A DNA stretch of 20,000 nucleotides from an uncultured virus (IMG/VR IMGVR_UViG_3300044645_001931). Its lineage: Duplodnaviria; Heunggongvirae; Uroviricota; Caudoviricetes. The stretch lies in IMG/VR virus record IMGVR_UViG_3300044645_001931; one strand, written 5' to 3'. Of the stretch, positions 1-7,784 are shown one piece after another. The notes under the pieces were generated by a model that searched no databases, was not told the DNA's origin, and saw only the letters and a program-made list of their open reading frames with translations. The number at the start of each line of letters is the position of its first letter. Positions within the stretch are counted from its first letter, which is position 1. The translations under genes and the position numbers were made by a program.

Positions 1-1
1 T

Positions 2-649
2 ACAGCAGAACAAAAAGCAAAAGAATTTGTTGATGCTTTAAATGTTGCAGATCTACCTGCGGACTTAAAAAAACAACTCAATAATTTAGGTATCGATGAA
101 AATACAGATCCAACGGAAGACGTAAAAGAAGGTTTGATGGGTATCTTGCGCACCAACCAGGCTATTGATATTCGAGAACGTATTAAAGAACTGAATGAAC
201 AACGGATCAAGCCCACGCAAGAAAAACTAGGTTTTGGTTATATCCAGAGAGAGGGAGACGAGAAAGTTGAAGCACCTACAGGTGGCAGTGCCCTGTTTAA
301 TATCTTTCAGAAAGCAGGTTATAGCGGAAGTGAATCAGAGTTTTACACAGATTTCTTCCCTGATGCAACTGAAGAAGATAAAAATCTTTCGGCATCGGAT
401 GTAGGTAAAGCAAGTACTGCGAAAGGAGCGCAGAACCTCCTGGGGTTTAGCATGCCAGATTTTTCAGATCCTTTTGCTGCTATTGGCTCTCTTGATAAAA
501 TGATGGCAGATGATTCAACAAAGAAAAAAGAAACATATACGCCCACACGTTCACGTTTCTTTGATTACTTCCCAGATGAAGAAGATGAAGGTGCGCCTTC
601 CTATTTTAATATGGGATCAGGCGGTGGCTTTGGATCTCTCTTTGGTTAG
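2..649 (+). CDS. C-terminal part of a larger phage protein (5'-truncated by the window), possibly virion-associated
   Basis: The frame of the 134..649 ORF is open back to position 2 (TAEQKAKEFVDALNVADLPADLKKQ...). Acidic/Gly-rich C-terminus, no recognisable motif. Confidence 0.75.
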   Translation, partial: TAEQKAKEFVDALNVADLPADLKKQLNNLGIDENTDPTEDVKEGLMGILRTNQAIDIRERIKELNEQRIKPTQEKLGFGYIQREGDEKVEAPTGGSALFNIFQKAGYSGSESEFYTDFFPDATEEDKNLSASDVGKASTAKGAQNLLGFSMPDFSDPFAAIGSLDKMMADDSTKKKETYTPTRSRFFDYFPDEEDEGAPSYFNMGSGGGFGSLFG

Positions 650-654
650 TACAT

Positions 655-927
655 ATGGCAGATAAACGCAAGAAAGCTGCTTCTGCAGCAAAGATACATA
701 AGGACTCAATGGAGTGCAATAAACCAAGACGTGATATACAGGGAGGTAAAAAATCCGTTGTAAAAGCTTGCGAAAACGGACAAGAAAAAATTGTGCGTTT
801 TGGCGATGCCAATATGGAAATTAAACGCGATAATCCAGAGAGGCGTAAAAATTTTCGTGCAAGACACAATTGTGATGAAAAGAAAAGCAAGTTAACCGCT
901 GGCTACTGGTCATGCAAAGCCTGGTAG
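655..927 (+). CDS. Conserved basic phage hypothetical protein (RFGD..M..K...P.RRK.FRARH.C ... YWSCK.W type)
   Basis: 90-aa Lys/Arg-rich ORF 5 nt after the upstream stop; motif pattern I recognise from many uncultured tailed phages. Function unknown. Confidence 0.8.
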   Translation: MADKRKKAASAAKIHKDSMECNKPRRDIQGGKKSVVKACENGQEKIVRFGDANMEIKRDNPERRKNFRARHNCDEKKSKLTAGYWSCKAW

Positions 928-963
928 CTTGCGTTAAAATCTTACTGTTGCTACCACAACACC

Positions 964-1086
964 ATGGCAAAACCCAAATCAACCACAGTCCGACTTGAGT
1001 CCAAACCGAAGCGCACCAGACAAGGGCAGGGCAGAAACTCCTTGCCTAGCCACGGCCGTAAAAAGATGAGAGGCCAAGGTAAATAA
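964..1086 (+). CDS. Small basic protein MAKPKSTTVRLESKPKRTRQGQGRNSLPSHGRKKMRGQGK (40 aa; not in ORF track)
   Basis: Translated by hand, ATG 964 to TAA 1084-1086. The K.TRQG.G ... K.RGQG pattern is typical of a small cyanophage protein family. TAAAAT box at 935-940. Confidence 0.75.
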   Translation: MAKPKSTTVRLESKPKRTRQGQGRNSLPSHGRKKMRGQGK

Positions 1087-1122
1087 AAATTATGTATATT
1101 GGGGATAACAATAGTTATCTCC

Positions 1123-1782
1123 ATGTCGGATTTTTCGCGTGCTATTAACCTAATTCGTAAATACGAAGGGTTTAACGAAAAGGCATACGCAGATCCGCAC
1201 ACTGGCGCAGAGCCATACACCATCGGGTTTGGAACCCAGTTCTATCCCGATGGTTCCCCCGTCAAGCAAGGTCAGCGTTGCAGCCAGGAGAAAGCTCTTG
1301 CGTACCTCTTCCATGAGGTCAGCGTCATTGAGTCCCAGCTCCAGCGGCAGAACCTTGGTCTTGACGACAACATGCGCCAGGCTCTAGTCTCGTTCATTCA
1401 TTCCGTTGGTTGGGAGTCCTTCTTGTACAGCCACATCATTGATCATGTGGAAGCAGAGGATTTTGCTAGTGCCACCACGGAAATGAGCCGCTGGATCTTT
1501 GACCAAAACCATAAGGTTGTTGGTGGTCTCCTGGAACGCAGGAGAGAAGAGATGGGTCTTTTCCTTCGTGACGTAGACACCAGCCCTTGGGCATCAACAG
1601 AAGTCTTGTTGACCGCCTTCCGTAATTACAGTGCTGCTCCCCACGAAGTACGCGCAATCCGTGCTCTGGAGGAACGTATCAATCCTTACATCCTGTCTGA
1701 GTTTGCCAACAGTTTTCGTATTGATGACGACCGATGGCAGGACTTTGCCGATGAGTCCGTCGATCTGATATTTAACGGCTAG
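1123..1782 (+). CDS. Phage lysozyme (GH24 muramidase) with a C-terminal extension
   Basis: LIRKYEGFNEKAYADPHTGAEPYTIGFG gives the GH24 E-x8-D...T catalytic pattern; also ALVSF..VG and GLLERRREE. ATG 1123 preferred over the ORF-track start at 1099. Confidence 0.9.
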   Translation: MSDFSRAINLIRKYEGFNEKAYADPHTGAEPYTIGFGTQFYPDGSPVKQGQRCSQEKALAYLFHEVSVIESQLQRQNLGLDDNMRQALVSFIHSVGWESFLYSHIIDHVEAEDFASATTEMSRWIFDQNHKVVGGLLERRREEMGLFLRDVDTSPWASTEVLLTAFRNYSAAPHEVRAIRALEERINPYILSEFANSFRIDDDRWQDFADESVDLIFNG

Positions 1783-1806
1783 CATTAGAATAATTGCAAC
1801 TAGCAA

Positions 1807-2112
1807 ATGCAGAGTGGAATGGAGCGTTCGGTCGAGCCACGGGAGTTTGAACTTCCTCTTGAGCTTCAATTTGCCATGCGCAAAGCTGAACTCCAGTCCG
1901 AGGAAATGACTTGGGAAGAGTTGCGTTTTGCTTTGTTGAGTCTCTACCACCAACGTTTGATGGAGTGGCATGCCATCAAAGACATCATGGCGTCAGAAAA
2001 CATTGAGATCGACTGGGATCATCCAACCGACCTCGAATTAGCAGAACTCGCCGCTGCCTGTGGATATCGCGACGACGACGAGGATGATGACGATGAACTT
2101 CAGCCCTTCTGA
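1807..2112 (+). CDS. nblA: NblA-like phycobilisome degradation adaptor with an acidic C-terminal extension (start 1807 or 1819)
   Basis: ELPLELQFAMRKAELQSEEMTWEELRFALLSLYHQ matches, without gaps, the NblA pattern as I recall it (EL.LEQQF..R....Q...M.......L..LY.Q). Own -10 box TAGAAT at 1786-1791. Confidence 0.7.
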   Translation: MQSGMERSVEPREFELPLELQFAMRKAELQSEEMTWEELRFALLSLYHQRLMEWHAIKDIMASENIEIDWDHPTDLELAELAAACGYRDDDEDDDDELQPF

Positions 2113-2591
2113 GCTTCGTCAAGTTGAATGAGGCGGTCCAGATACCACTGAGCTTTCTTCAGTGATTCTGTTCCGCCTTTGTGGCGTTCACGCCAGGTGT
2201 ACTTTAAATTGTTTCCCTTACAGTAACCACGGAATTCTTCGGCGGTTAAAGCTGCTTCAATGGCTTCAATGCATTCAATGCCGCCATCTGTGTAGTGAGC
2301 GGGGTGATTCACCACATCTTCTTGGGCCACAGGAGGCTTTTCTTTGGTGGCCCAGGGCACTGGGCAAACACCTCCAGGGCAGTCACTTACTTCATCTACC
2401 GGAGCAAACCACGACGTTTTGCTGACAGCATCCGTTCCTTCTCGTCCGGTTCCTCCAGTTCCAACACCAGCGTCCTTGGTTTCGGAGATGCTCCCATCGC
2501 CAAACCCTGCTCCATTGAGGGGATATAGCCCGTCATTCCAGGCCGTTGTCCCTCGAGATTCAACGGATTCCTTTCTAGCCCCTGCTCGCAT
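2100..2591 (-). CDS. DUF3310 (SaV-like / T7 gp1.7-related) protein with an upstream CPGGVCPVPW motif; start uncertain (ATG 2591 or GTG 2360)
   Basis: DVVNHPAHYTDGGIECIEAIEA...GYCKGNNLKYTWR...KGGTESLKKAQWYLDRL is the DUF3310 signature. Confidence 0.85.
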   Translation of the reverse strand: MRAGARKESVESRGTTAWNDGLYPLNGAGFGDGSISETKDAGVGTGGTGREGTDAVSKTSWFAPVDEVSDCPGGVCPVPWATKEKPPVAQEDVVNHPAHYTDGGIECIEAIEAALTAEEFRGYCKGNNLKYTWRERHKGGTESLKKAQWYLDRLIQLDEAQKG

Positions 2592-2740
2592 GCTACTAGA
2601 CCGCGATTGTACATGTCATACAATGGTACATCATTTTGCTCGTTATCGAGAGGTGCGCCAAAATCTTCTTCATCAAGACAACGACATTTAACTTCGTCTT
2701 GTACAAAGGCGTCTAAGAAACCTGCAGCGGAATTCATCAC
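2396..2740 (-). CDS. Hypothetical protein
   Basis: 114-aa ORF with protein-like composition, divergent from the 2776 gene. Overlaps the long form of the DUF3310 ORF in another frame. Confidence 0.65.
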   Translation of the reverse strand: MMNSAAGFLDAFVQDEVKCRCLDEEDFGAPLDNEQNDVPLYDMYNRGLVACEQGLERNPLNLEGQRPGMTGYIPSMEQGLAMGASPKPRTLVLELEEPDEKERMLSAKRRGLLR

Positions 2741-2775
2741 GGCTTTAATCGATTTAGTCCTTTTACAATGATAAG

Positions 2776-3102
2776 ATGGCTAACCGATTTAGACCTACTT
2801 ACGATCCAGGCGTCGACTCTGGTACTTCTGGAGCTGAGGTATCAGATCTTAATCCGGAACAGGCATATGACACTGACTTGCGACGTATTGATGGAGATGC
2901 CCGTGGCTCTACTGCATCCGTTAATCGTCAGCAAGGTCGTGTAGCTAAATTCATGCGTGCCGCAAAAACCGCTGGTGAATACCAAAAACGCAACTTAGTG
3001 CGTGAACCAACCAGTGCAACGGCAGGTGATTCGGGTGGGCGTGCCGGATCTATTGGCTACGCCCGTAAACCGAAAGAGCAGTTTGGTAAAGCCTTTGGTT
3101 AA
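2776..3102 (+). CDS. Hypothetical protein, probably leaderless
   Basis: 108-aa ORF filling the gap between two minus-strand blocks. TACAAT at 2764-2769 ends 6 nt before the ATG. Confidence 0.75.
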   Translation: MANRFRPTYDPGVDSGTSGAEVSDLNPEQAYDTDLRRIDGDARGSTASVNRQQGRVAKFMRAAKTAGEYQKRNLVREPTSATAGDSGGRAGSIGYARKPKEQFGKAFG

Positions 3103-3686
3103 ACCTGAGAAAAGACCACGTTGTTTGGTTGGTCTTGGTACTTACCCTTCCGATCTTGGTACGTGGTATGACAAGGATTACCACGATAGAAGAGCAGTTG
3201 CGTAATCCCTTCATTTGCATAGATGCGATTGAAGAGCCCAGTGCAATTACTGATTTCAAGCGTCAAGTAACCTTCCCATCCACTTTCGGCTGGCGTAATG
3301 TTGACCAGGATACCTGAACGTGCGTAAGTAGATTTACCAACGGCAACGACGGTGACATCACGAGGAAGCTTCAGACGTTCTTGAGCAACGCCAAGACAAT
3401 AGCCATACGGAGGAAGTAAGAAATACTGACCGCGTTCATCCTCCAGAAGATCTGCAGGTTTCAGGATGTCAGGATCAAAGTTCTTTGGATCACAATCACC
3501 AGCTTGTACCTTGCCAAAGATCAGGCATTGTGCAGGAGACAAACGGATGTCATAGCCGTAAGAGCTAAGACCATAGCTAAGAAGCTTGCGTCCATCTTCT
3601 TTGTTGACCAAATGATCCACAAAGGGTTCGATCATCTGGTCGTCTTCCGCCAGTTGCTTGATCTCCCAGTCGGCCAGGACGCTCAT
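3099..3686 (-). CDS. dcd: dCTP deaminase
   Basis: SYGLSSYGYDIRL, GKSTYARSG, TPAESGWEGYLTLEISN, IYANEGITQLLF and Y.DRKGKYQ.Q motifs of the trimeric dCTP deaminase family. Confidence 0.95.
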   Translation of the reverse strand: MSVLADWEIKQLAEDDQMIEPFVDHLVNKEDGRKLLSYGLSSYGYDIRLSPAQCLIFGKVQAGDCDPKNFDPDILKPADLLEDERGQYFLLPPYGYCLGVAQERLKLPRDVTVVAVGKSTYARSGILVNITPAESGWEGYLTLEISNCTGLFNRIYANEGITQLLFYRGNPCHTTYQDRKGKYQDQPNNVVFSQV

Positions 3687-3719
3687 AAATCCCTGTAATC
3701 GTCCTTCAGTCTACAGAGA

Positions 3720-4316
3720 TTACACAAGAAGGTGTCCGCGCTCCCCATAAATTTTTACGAAAGAATCCACGGCATCACCAGAGGAATCCTGTGGTGGCAG
3801 GTACACAAGAAATGAGGTGCATGTGCGTTTCCTGTTTACCTCTCCGTCTTTGTGGCACATGACATAAGGTGCACTTCGTAAAATGCACATCGGAAACTTA
3901 AAGATCTTGGGCTCGTAACGAATCATGTCAGGGCAGTTGCTGAAATAAAGACCTTGCTTTATTTCTTTTGAAAGCCATGCATGGTACATTCTGCGGAACC
4001 AAACGGCATGGGACGATGTCAGGGTCAACGAAGAAGCCCTTGTCATCTTCCATTTTTCATGCTTTTGATCCCAAAAGTAGGCACCCGCTGGTGGAAACAG
4101 GTAACAACTTCCGTGCCATTGTTGTGCATTCAAGCCATCATCCGTTGGTGTGTAATAGTTCTCTGCTTCGATATACTCATTGGCAACTTTGGAACTAGCC
4201 ACATCAAGAGTGATGCCACCCAACAGCTCGTTGGCAGCAAGTACCAAGTCTTTATTGGTGATTAACTCGACACCTTCATTGCGAGCTGCAACGCCACGTA
4301 CGCCTTTTTCAGCCAT
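3720..4316 (-). CDS. Phage Dam-like DNA N6-adenine methyltransferase homologue with a variant catalytic motif (FPPA instead of NPPY)
   Basis: ITLDVASSKVAN..I.A.NYYT..DDGL..Q.W.GSCYLFPP follows the phage Dam-family layout (LD.AS...AN....YYT..DDGL...W.G.V..NPPY). Confidence 0.7.
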   Translation of the reverse strand: MAEKGVRGVAARNEGVELITNKDLVLAANELLGGITLDVASSKVANEYIEAENYYTPTDDGLNAQQWHGSCYLFPPAGAYFWDQKHEKWKMTRASSLTLTSSHAVWFRRMYHAWLSKEIKQGLYFSNCPDMIRYEPKIFKFPMCILRSAPYVMCHKDGEVNRKRTCTSFLVYLPPQDSSGDAVDSFVKIYGERGHLLV

Positions 4317-4699
4317 TACTCTGCAGTCTTGTTGTAATCAATCTCGAAATAACGCATACCTTCATCATCATTGATGATATAACCTGCTTTTTCCGTTGGA
4401 TCGATCTTTTGTGCTGCTCCAAGGATGCGCCTAAAAGTTTCAGCTAGATCACCGTCGTTATTCCGCTCACAATCTTCTTGCGCCGCATGGAGCTCTTTTA
4501 AAGTCCAAAAGAACATAGAGCGTTTTTTGTTGCGTGGCTGGAACACCATGACACCTGGGCCTTCAATCTCCCACATCTTGCAGTATTGCTCGCCCATATC
4601 ACCAAGAATTAACTTGATTGTTGCATCAAGCATCTTGGCTTTTTTTTCATCAAGCTCTGGTCCAATCACAGAAGCAATTAGTTTTTCACGTCGATCCAT
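4316..4699 (-). CDS. Hypothetical protein
   Basis: 127-aa ORF, TAATG-coupled to the methyltransferase-like gene and overlapping the upstream gene. Confidence 0.8.
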   Translation of the reverse strand: MDRREKLIASVIGPELDEKKAKMLDATIKLILGDMGEQYCKMWEIEGPGVMVFQPRNKKRSMFFWTLKELHAAQEDCERNNDGDLAETFRRILGAAQKIDPTEKAGYIINDDEGMRYFEIDYNKTAE

Positions 4700-5153
4700 C
4701 TTTTAACAATCCTTGTCGGTGTAATGATTCCAGGAGCTTAGGCGTTGGTTGGTACAGTACAACCAATTTGCCTAGTACTCCACGTTTTTTAACAAGTTTT
4801 CCGTTTTCATCCCTTACCTTATCAAATTCTCCAGACCGGATAAGGTATTCAGCCACGCAACGTAACCTTCGTTTCAAAGGCAGTTCTGCTTGGGGGAATT
4901 TGCCGCAGATTGTATCTGCGTTCAGATCATGGAATGCAAGACGTAATCGATTGGCAAGAGTCATACCAGAATTGGCGTCCTCTTCTTCGTAGTTTTTTAG
5001 GTTTTCTAGGTACCTGCGCAGGCAGCCATCATCAAATGATCCAATGGGTGGCAAGAACATCTCCACTTGTCTGATCAACGATTCGGGCAGCATTTCCTCA
5101 TGGTTCTCAACCGTTACAGAACCAAGATCAATTCCCTGGAAACGATGAGCCAT
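4686..5153 (-). CDS. Hypothetical protein; basic C-terminus suggests DNA binding
   Basis: 155-aa ORF, TAATG-coupled to the HTH gene. RRLRCVAEYLIRSGEFDKV followed by a basic beta-hairpin-like segment (weak wHTH resemblance only). Confidence 0.75.
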   Translation of the reverse strand: MAHRFQGIDLGSVTVENHEEMLPESLIRQVEMFLPPIGSFDDGCLRRYLENLKNYEEEDANSGMTLANRLRLAFHDLNADTICGKFPQAELPLKRRLRCVAEYLIRSGEFDKVRDENGKLVKKRGVLGKLVVLYQPTPKLLESLHRQGLLKDGST

Positions 5154-5563
5154 TATTCAAGGAAGCCCCGATTGTTTTTGTATTGGTCATAATGTGCCCG
5201 TAGATTTTTTAAATCCAGGTTTTCGTTCTTGGCAAAGGATTGGATCAGTCGATTCCAAGGGATCCGGAGGACTGCTTTGCGGTGTACATCAGGAGAAACA
5301 TTGACATAATGGATGCCCTCTACCCAGCCTTTATCTGGGGTTTTTCTTCCGATAGAAATCCAGTTACGGATGGTTTGGTCTGAGACGCCCAGGCGTTTAC
5401 CACATTCTTCTGTCGAGATGTACTCATCGGCAAAAGCCTCTGGATTTAATGCGTCCGTTTCCCCAGTTGAATAACGGCTGTGCCACATCGAACCAAGGAT
5501 ATTCTTAATGCCTTTTAGCTCGTACGCAATATCCTCTAAGCTTTTGCGTAGTCCGTACTGCAT
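5153..5563 (-). CDS. Helix-turn-helix DNA-binding protein (MerR/excisionase-like)
   Basis: YISTEECGKRLGVSDQTIRNWI..G is a MerR/Xis-type HTH, followed by W.EG.HY. ATG 5563 chosen because AAGGA and a TAACAT box lie upstream; the ORF-track start at 5656 overlaps the divergent gene. Confidence 0.8.
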   Translation of the reverse strand: MQYGLRKSLEDIAYELKGIKNILGSMWHSRYSTGETDALNPEAFADEYISTEECGKRLGVSDQTIRNWISIGRKTPDKGWVEGIHYVNVSPDVHRKAVLRIPWNRLIQSFAKNENLDLKNLRAHYDQYKNNRGFLE

Positions 5564-5583
5564 ACTGCACATCCTTTGTTTAT

Positions 5584-5593
5584 ATGTTAGTCT
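5584..5593. promoter_or_regulatory. Overlapping divergent -10 boxes
   Basis: TAGTCT (5588-5593, +) lies 21 nt before ATG 5615; TAACAT (5584-5589, -) lies 20 nt before ATG 5563. Confidence 0.5.
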
Positions 5594-5614
5594 TTGGGAA
5601 AACAATTTGCGACC

Positions 5615-5914
5615 ATGGAAGAGCAGATTCCCCCTAGTCAGCCACCAATGCCCCAAACACTAGAAGGGCAGATCACACCTGAGATGCTTGCGCAGATGAA
5701 GACTAGGGCACGTGAGCTTGCCATTCAACAAACCATTGCACAGCAAGCAGTAATTCCACAACAGCAACCTCAGGTTGTTTATGTGCGACGCAATTTAACA
5801 GTCGCTGAAATTCTGTTGGTTATCCTGCTTTCCTGCGGGATTGTCACAGGAATCCAATGGTCCTGGAACATTGTAACGAATGTTTTGCCACGTGTTGAGA
5901 TTAAGGTGCGCTAA
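5615..5914 (+). CDS. Small membrane protein: Pro/Gln-rich N-terminus and a C-terminal hydrophobic helix
   Basis: LTVAEILLVILLSCGIVTGIQWSW is a probable transmembrane segment. TGnTAGTCT box at 5585-5593. Confidence 0.75.
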   Translation: MEEQIPPSQPPMPQTLEGQITPEMLAQMKTRARELAIQQTIAQQAVIPQQQPQVVYVRRNLTVAEILLVILLSCGIVTGIQWSWNIVTNVLPRVEIKVR

Positions 5915-5957
5915 ATAAGCCCATTTATAATGAAGAGAAAGCTTGAGAAATAAGTAG

Positions 5958-7748
5958 GTGTCAAACCGTAGGATCAGTGAATTCCCTGCCATCAGTGGGG
6001 GCGAGATCGATGAACAGGACCTGCTAACGCTCGTCCATGTCTTCGAGGTTGACCCCACTTTACGCAACAAAAAAATTACCTTTACTCAATTCAAAGAATA
6101 TCTTAATGAGTATTACGCACCTGCCAGTGGCGCAACCTTCAGTGGTAACGTCACAATCTCAGGGAACCTAACGGTTTCTGGCACTAGCTCATTCAATTCA
6201 ATTACAGCTTCTGGATCTAGTACATTCAGTGGCATTGTAGTTCAAAATAATGCGGTTATTAGTGGTACCGTCAGTGGTCTGACCATTACCGGAACCAACG
6301 TACAAGGCACCAATGTCAACGCAGTCACTGCCACGGTTACGACCGCAACAGGTACGACAAGTGCTTTTACGTCTGGCGTTTATCAAAACCTATCAGGTGC
6401 CACGATTACAGGTGGTATTGTCCGCTCGCCATCTGGTGTATTCACAAATCTGAGCGGTGTCACAATCACTGGTACTACCGTCGCAGCAACCACAGGTACG
6501 TTCCAGGTCCTTGGTACGCCTGTACTGGATGTAAACGGTAATCTTTCCGTTGCTAGCGGACTGACGGTTACTGGCACTGCTCAATTTAGTAACGGTGTTC
6601 AGGTCACAGGAACATTATCTGGAACAACAGTAACTGGATCTACGGCACAATTCACAAGTGTCACTGGTGTATCGGGTGTTTTCACAACACAGTTATCTGG
6701 CGCAACCATTACCGGAAATACGGTACAAACTGCTAATCTCACAGGTGTTTCCGGTACTTTCACAACCAGGGTTTCTGGTGCAACCGTAACAGGCAATACG
6801 GGTGCCTTTGGTAACGTCTCTGGTATCTCTGGTGTTTTTACACAGTTCCTTTCGGGTGCAGTCATTACTGGTGACACCGGACAATACACAACACTGACTG
6901 GTGTATCCGGTACATTCACCAGAGTTTCTGGTGCAACAGTCACTGGTAACACAGTTGCCGCAACGATTGTTTCTGGTGTATCCGGTGTCTTTACTAGTCA
7001 GTTATCGGCCACCACAATTACCGGTGCCTCAGGTGTTTTTACAAACCTGACGAGTACGTCCGGGACATTTACCACTCAAGTTTCAGGCGCAACCGTTACC
7101 GGTAACATTGGTACTTTTACTTCCCTGACGGGAGCAACCGGTACATTTACCACACATGTTTCCGGTCTGCTTGTCACAGGAGACACTGGCAGTTTCACGA
7201 ATCTGACCGGTATCGCAGGCGTTTTCACCACCAGTGTTTCTGGGGCCACAATCACTGGTAATACGATCCAAGGTACGTCTGGCGTCTTTACCAATCTTAG
7301 TGGTACGACGTACACAGGAACAACAGTCAATGCAACGACAGGTATTTTCCAAACACTTGCGGCAATTAACCTTGCTTTTACTAACACGACAGTATCAGGT
7401 GACCTTAATGTCCTTGGTTCTGGTTTTTTTGCTTCTGGTGTTCAGATTACCGGTACCCTTAGTGGCACAACAATTACAGGTACTACGGTTCAAGCAGTCA
7501 CAACCTCCGCAACAACTGGGACATTTATTTCATTAACAGGAACAACAACCACAGGTGTTACTGCAACATTTACAACTGTTTCTGGTGTAACAGTTACTGG
7601 TGCAACCGGTACGTTTACAAACATCACTGGGAGCACGCTTAGGATAACCACGCCATCTGGCGCAACGCCTGCCATTGTGTGTTCTGGCGTTGTTTCCGGT
7701 AGCGCAAGTGGGTTTGTAATCCAAGGTCCACTAATCATTCTTCCGTAA
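5958..7748 (+). CDS. Thr/Gly/Ser-rich repeat fibre protein (putative tail or virion fibre)
   Basis: GTG start; N-terminus RRISEFPAI...DLL..V...NKKITF is typical of phage fibre anchors. It is followed by ~500 nearly uncharged residues with SG.FT...SGAT.TG repeats. Confidence 0.8.
   Translation: MSNRRISEFPAISGGEIDEQDLLTLVHVFEVDPTLRNKKITFTQFKEYLNEYYAPASGATFSGNVTISGNLTVSGTSSFNSITASGSSTFSGIVVQNNAVISGTVSGLTITGTNVQGTNVNAVTATVTTATGTTSAFTSGVYQNLSGATITGGIVRSPSGVFTNLSGVTITGTTVAATTGTFQVLGTPVLDVNGNLSVASGLTVTGTAQFSNGVQVTGTLSGTTVTGSTAQFTSVTGVSGVFTTQLSGATITGNTVQTANLTGVSGTFTTRVSGATVTGNTGAFGNVSGISGVFTQFLSGAVITGDTGQYTTLTGVSGTFTRVSGATVTGNTVAATIVSGVSGVFTSQLSATTITGASGVFTNLTSTSGTFTTQVSGATVTGNIGTFTSLTGATGTFTTHVSGLLVTGDTGSFTNLTGIAGVFTTSVSGATITGNTIQGTSGVFTNLSGTTYTGTTVNATTGIFQTLAAINLAFTNTTVSGDLNVLGSGFFASGVQITGTLSGTTITGTTVQAVTTSATTGTFISLTGTTTTGVTATFTTVSGVTVTGATGTFTNITGSTLRITTPSGATPAIVCSGVVSGSASGFVIQGPLIILP
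6663..7320 (+). repeat. Coding tandem repeat, ~26 aa (78 nt) unit, about 8 degenerate copies
   Basis: Units such as TGVSGVFTTQLSGATITGNTVQTANL / TGVSGTFTTRVSGATVTGNTGAFGNV / SGISGVFTQFLSGAVITGDTGQYTTL. Boundaries approximate. Confidence 0.85.
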
Positions 7749-7784
7749 TTTTCTCGGCTAAAATAAACAAAAAGAGACAACAAA

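Noticed and set aside
2344..2691. 115-aa Pro/Ser-rich plus-strand ORF
   Set aside because: Antisense to two minus-strand ORFs; composition typical of a shadow frame.
5564..5656. ORF-track N-terminal extensions (also 1099-1122, 12390-12461, 14412-14504, 15109-15195)
   Set aside because: They overlap neighbouring genes or promoter boxes; downstream starts fit the spacing and coupling pattern better.
6198..7783. Several minus-strand Val/Pro- or Cys-rich ORFs
   Set aside because: Antisense artefacts of the Thr/Gly repeat gene, whose codon usage leaves few stops on the reverse strand.
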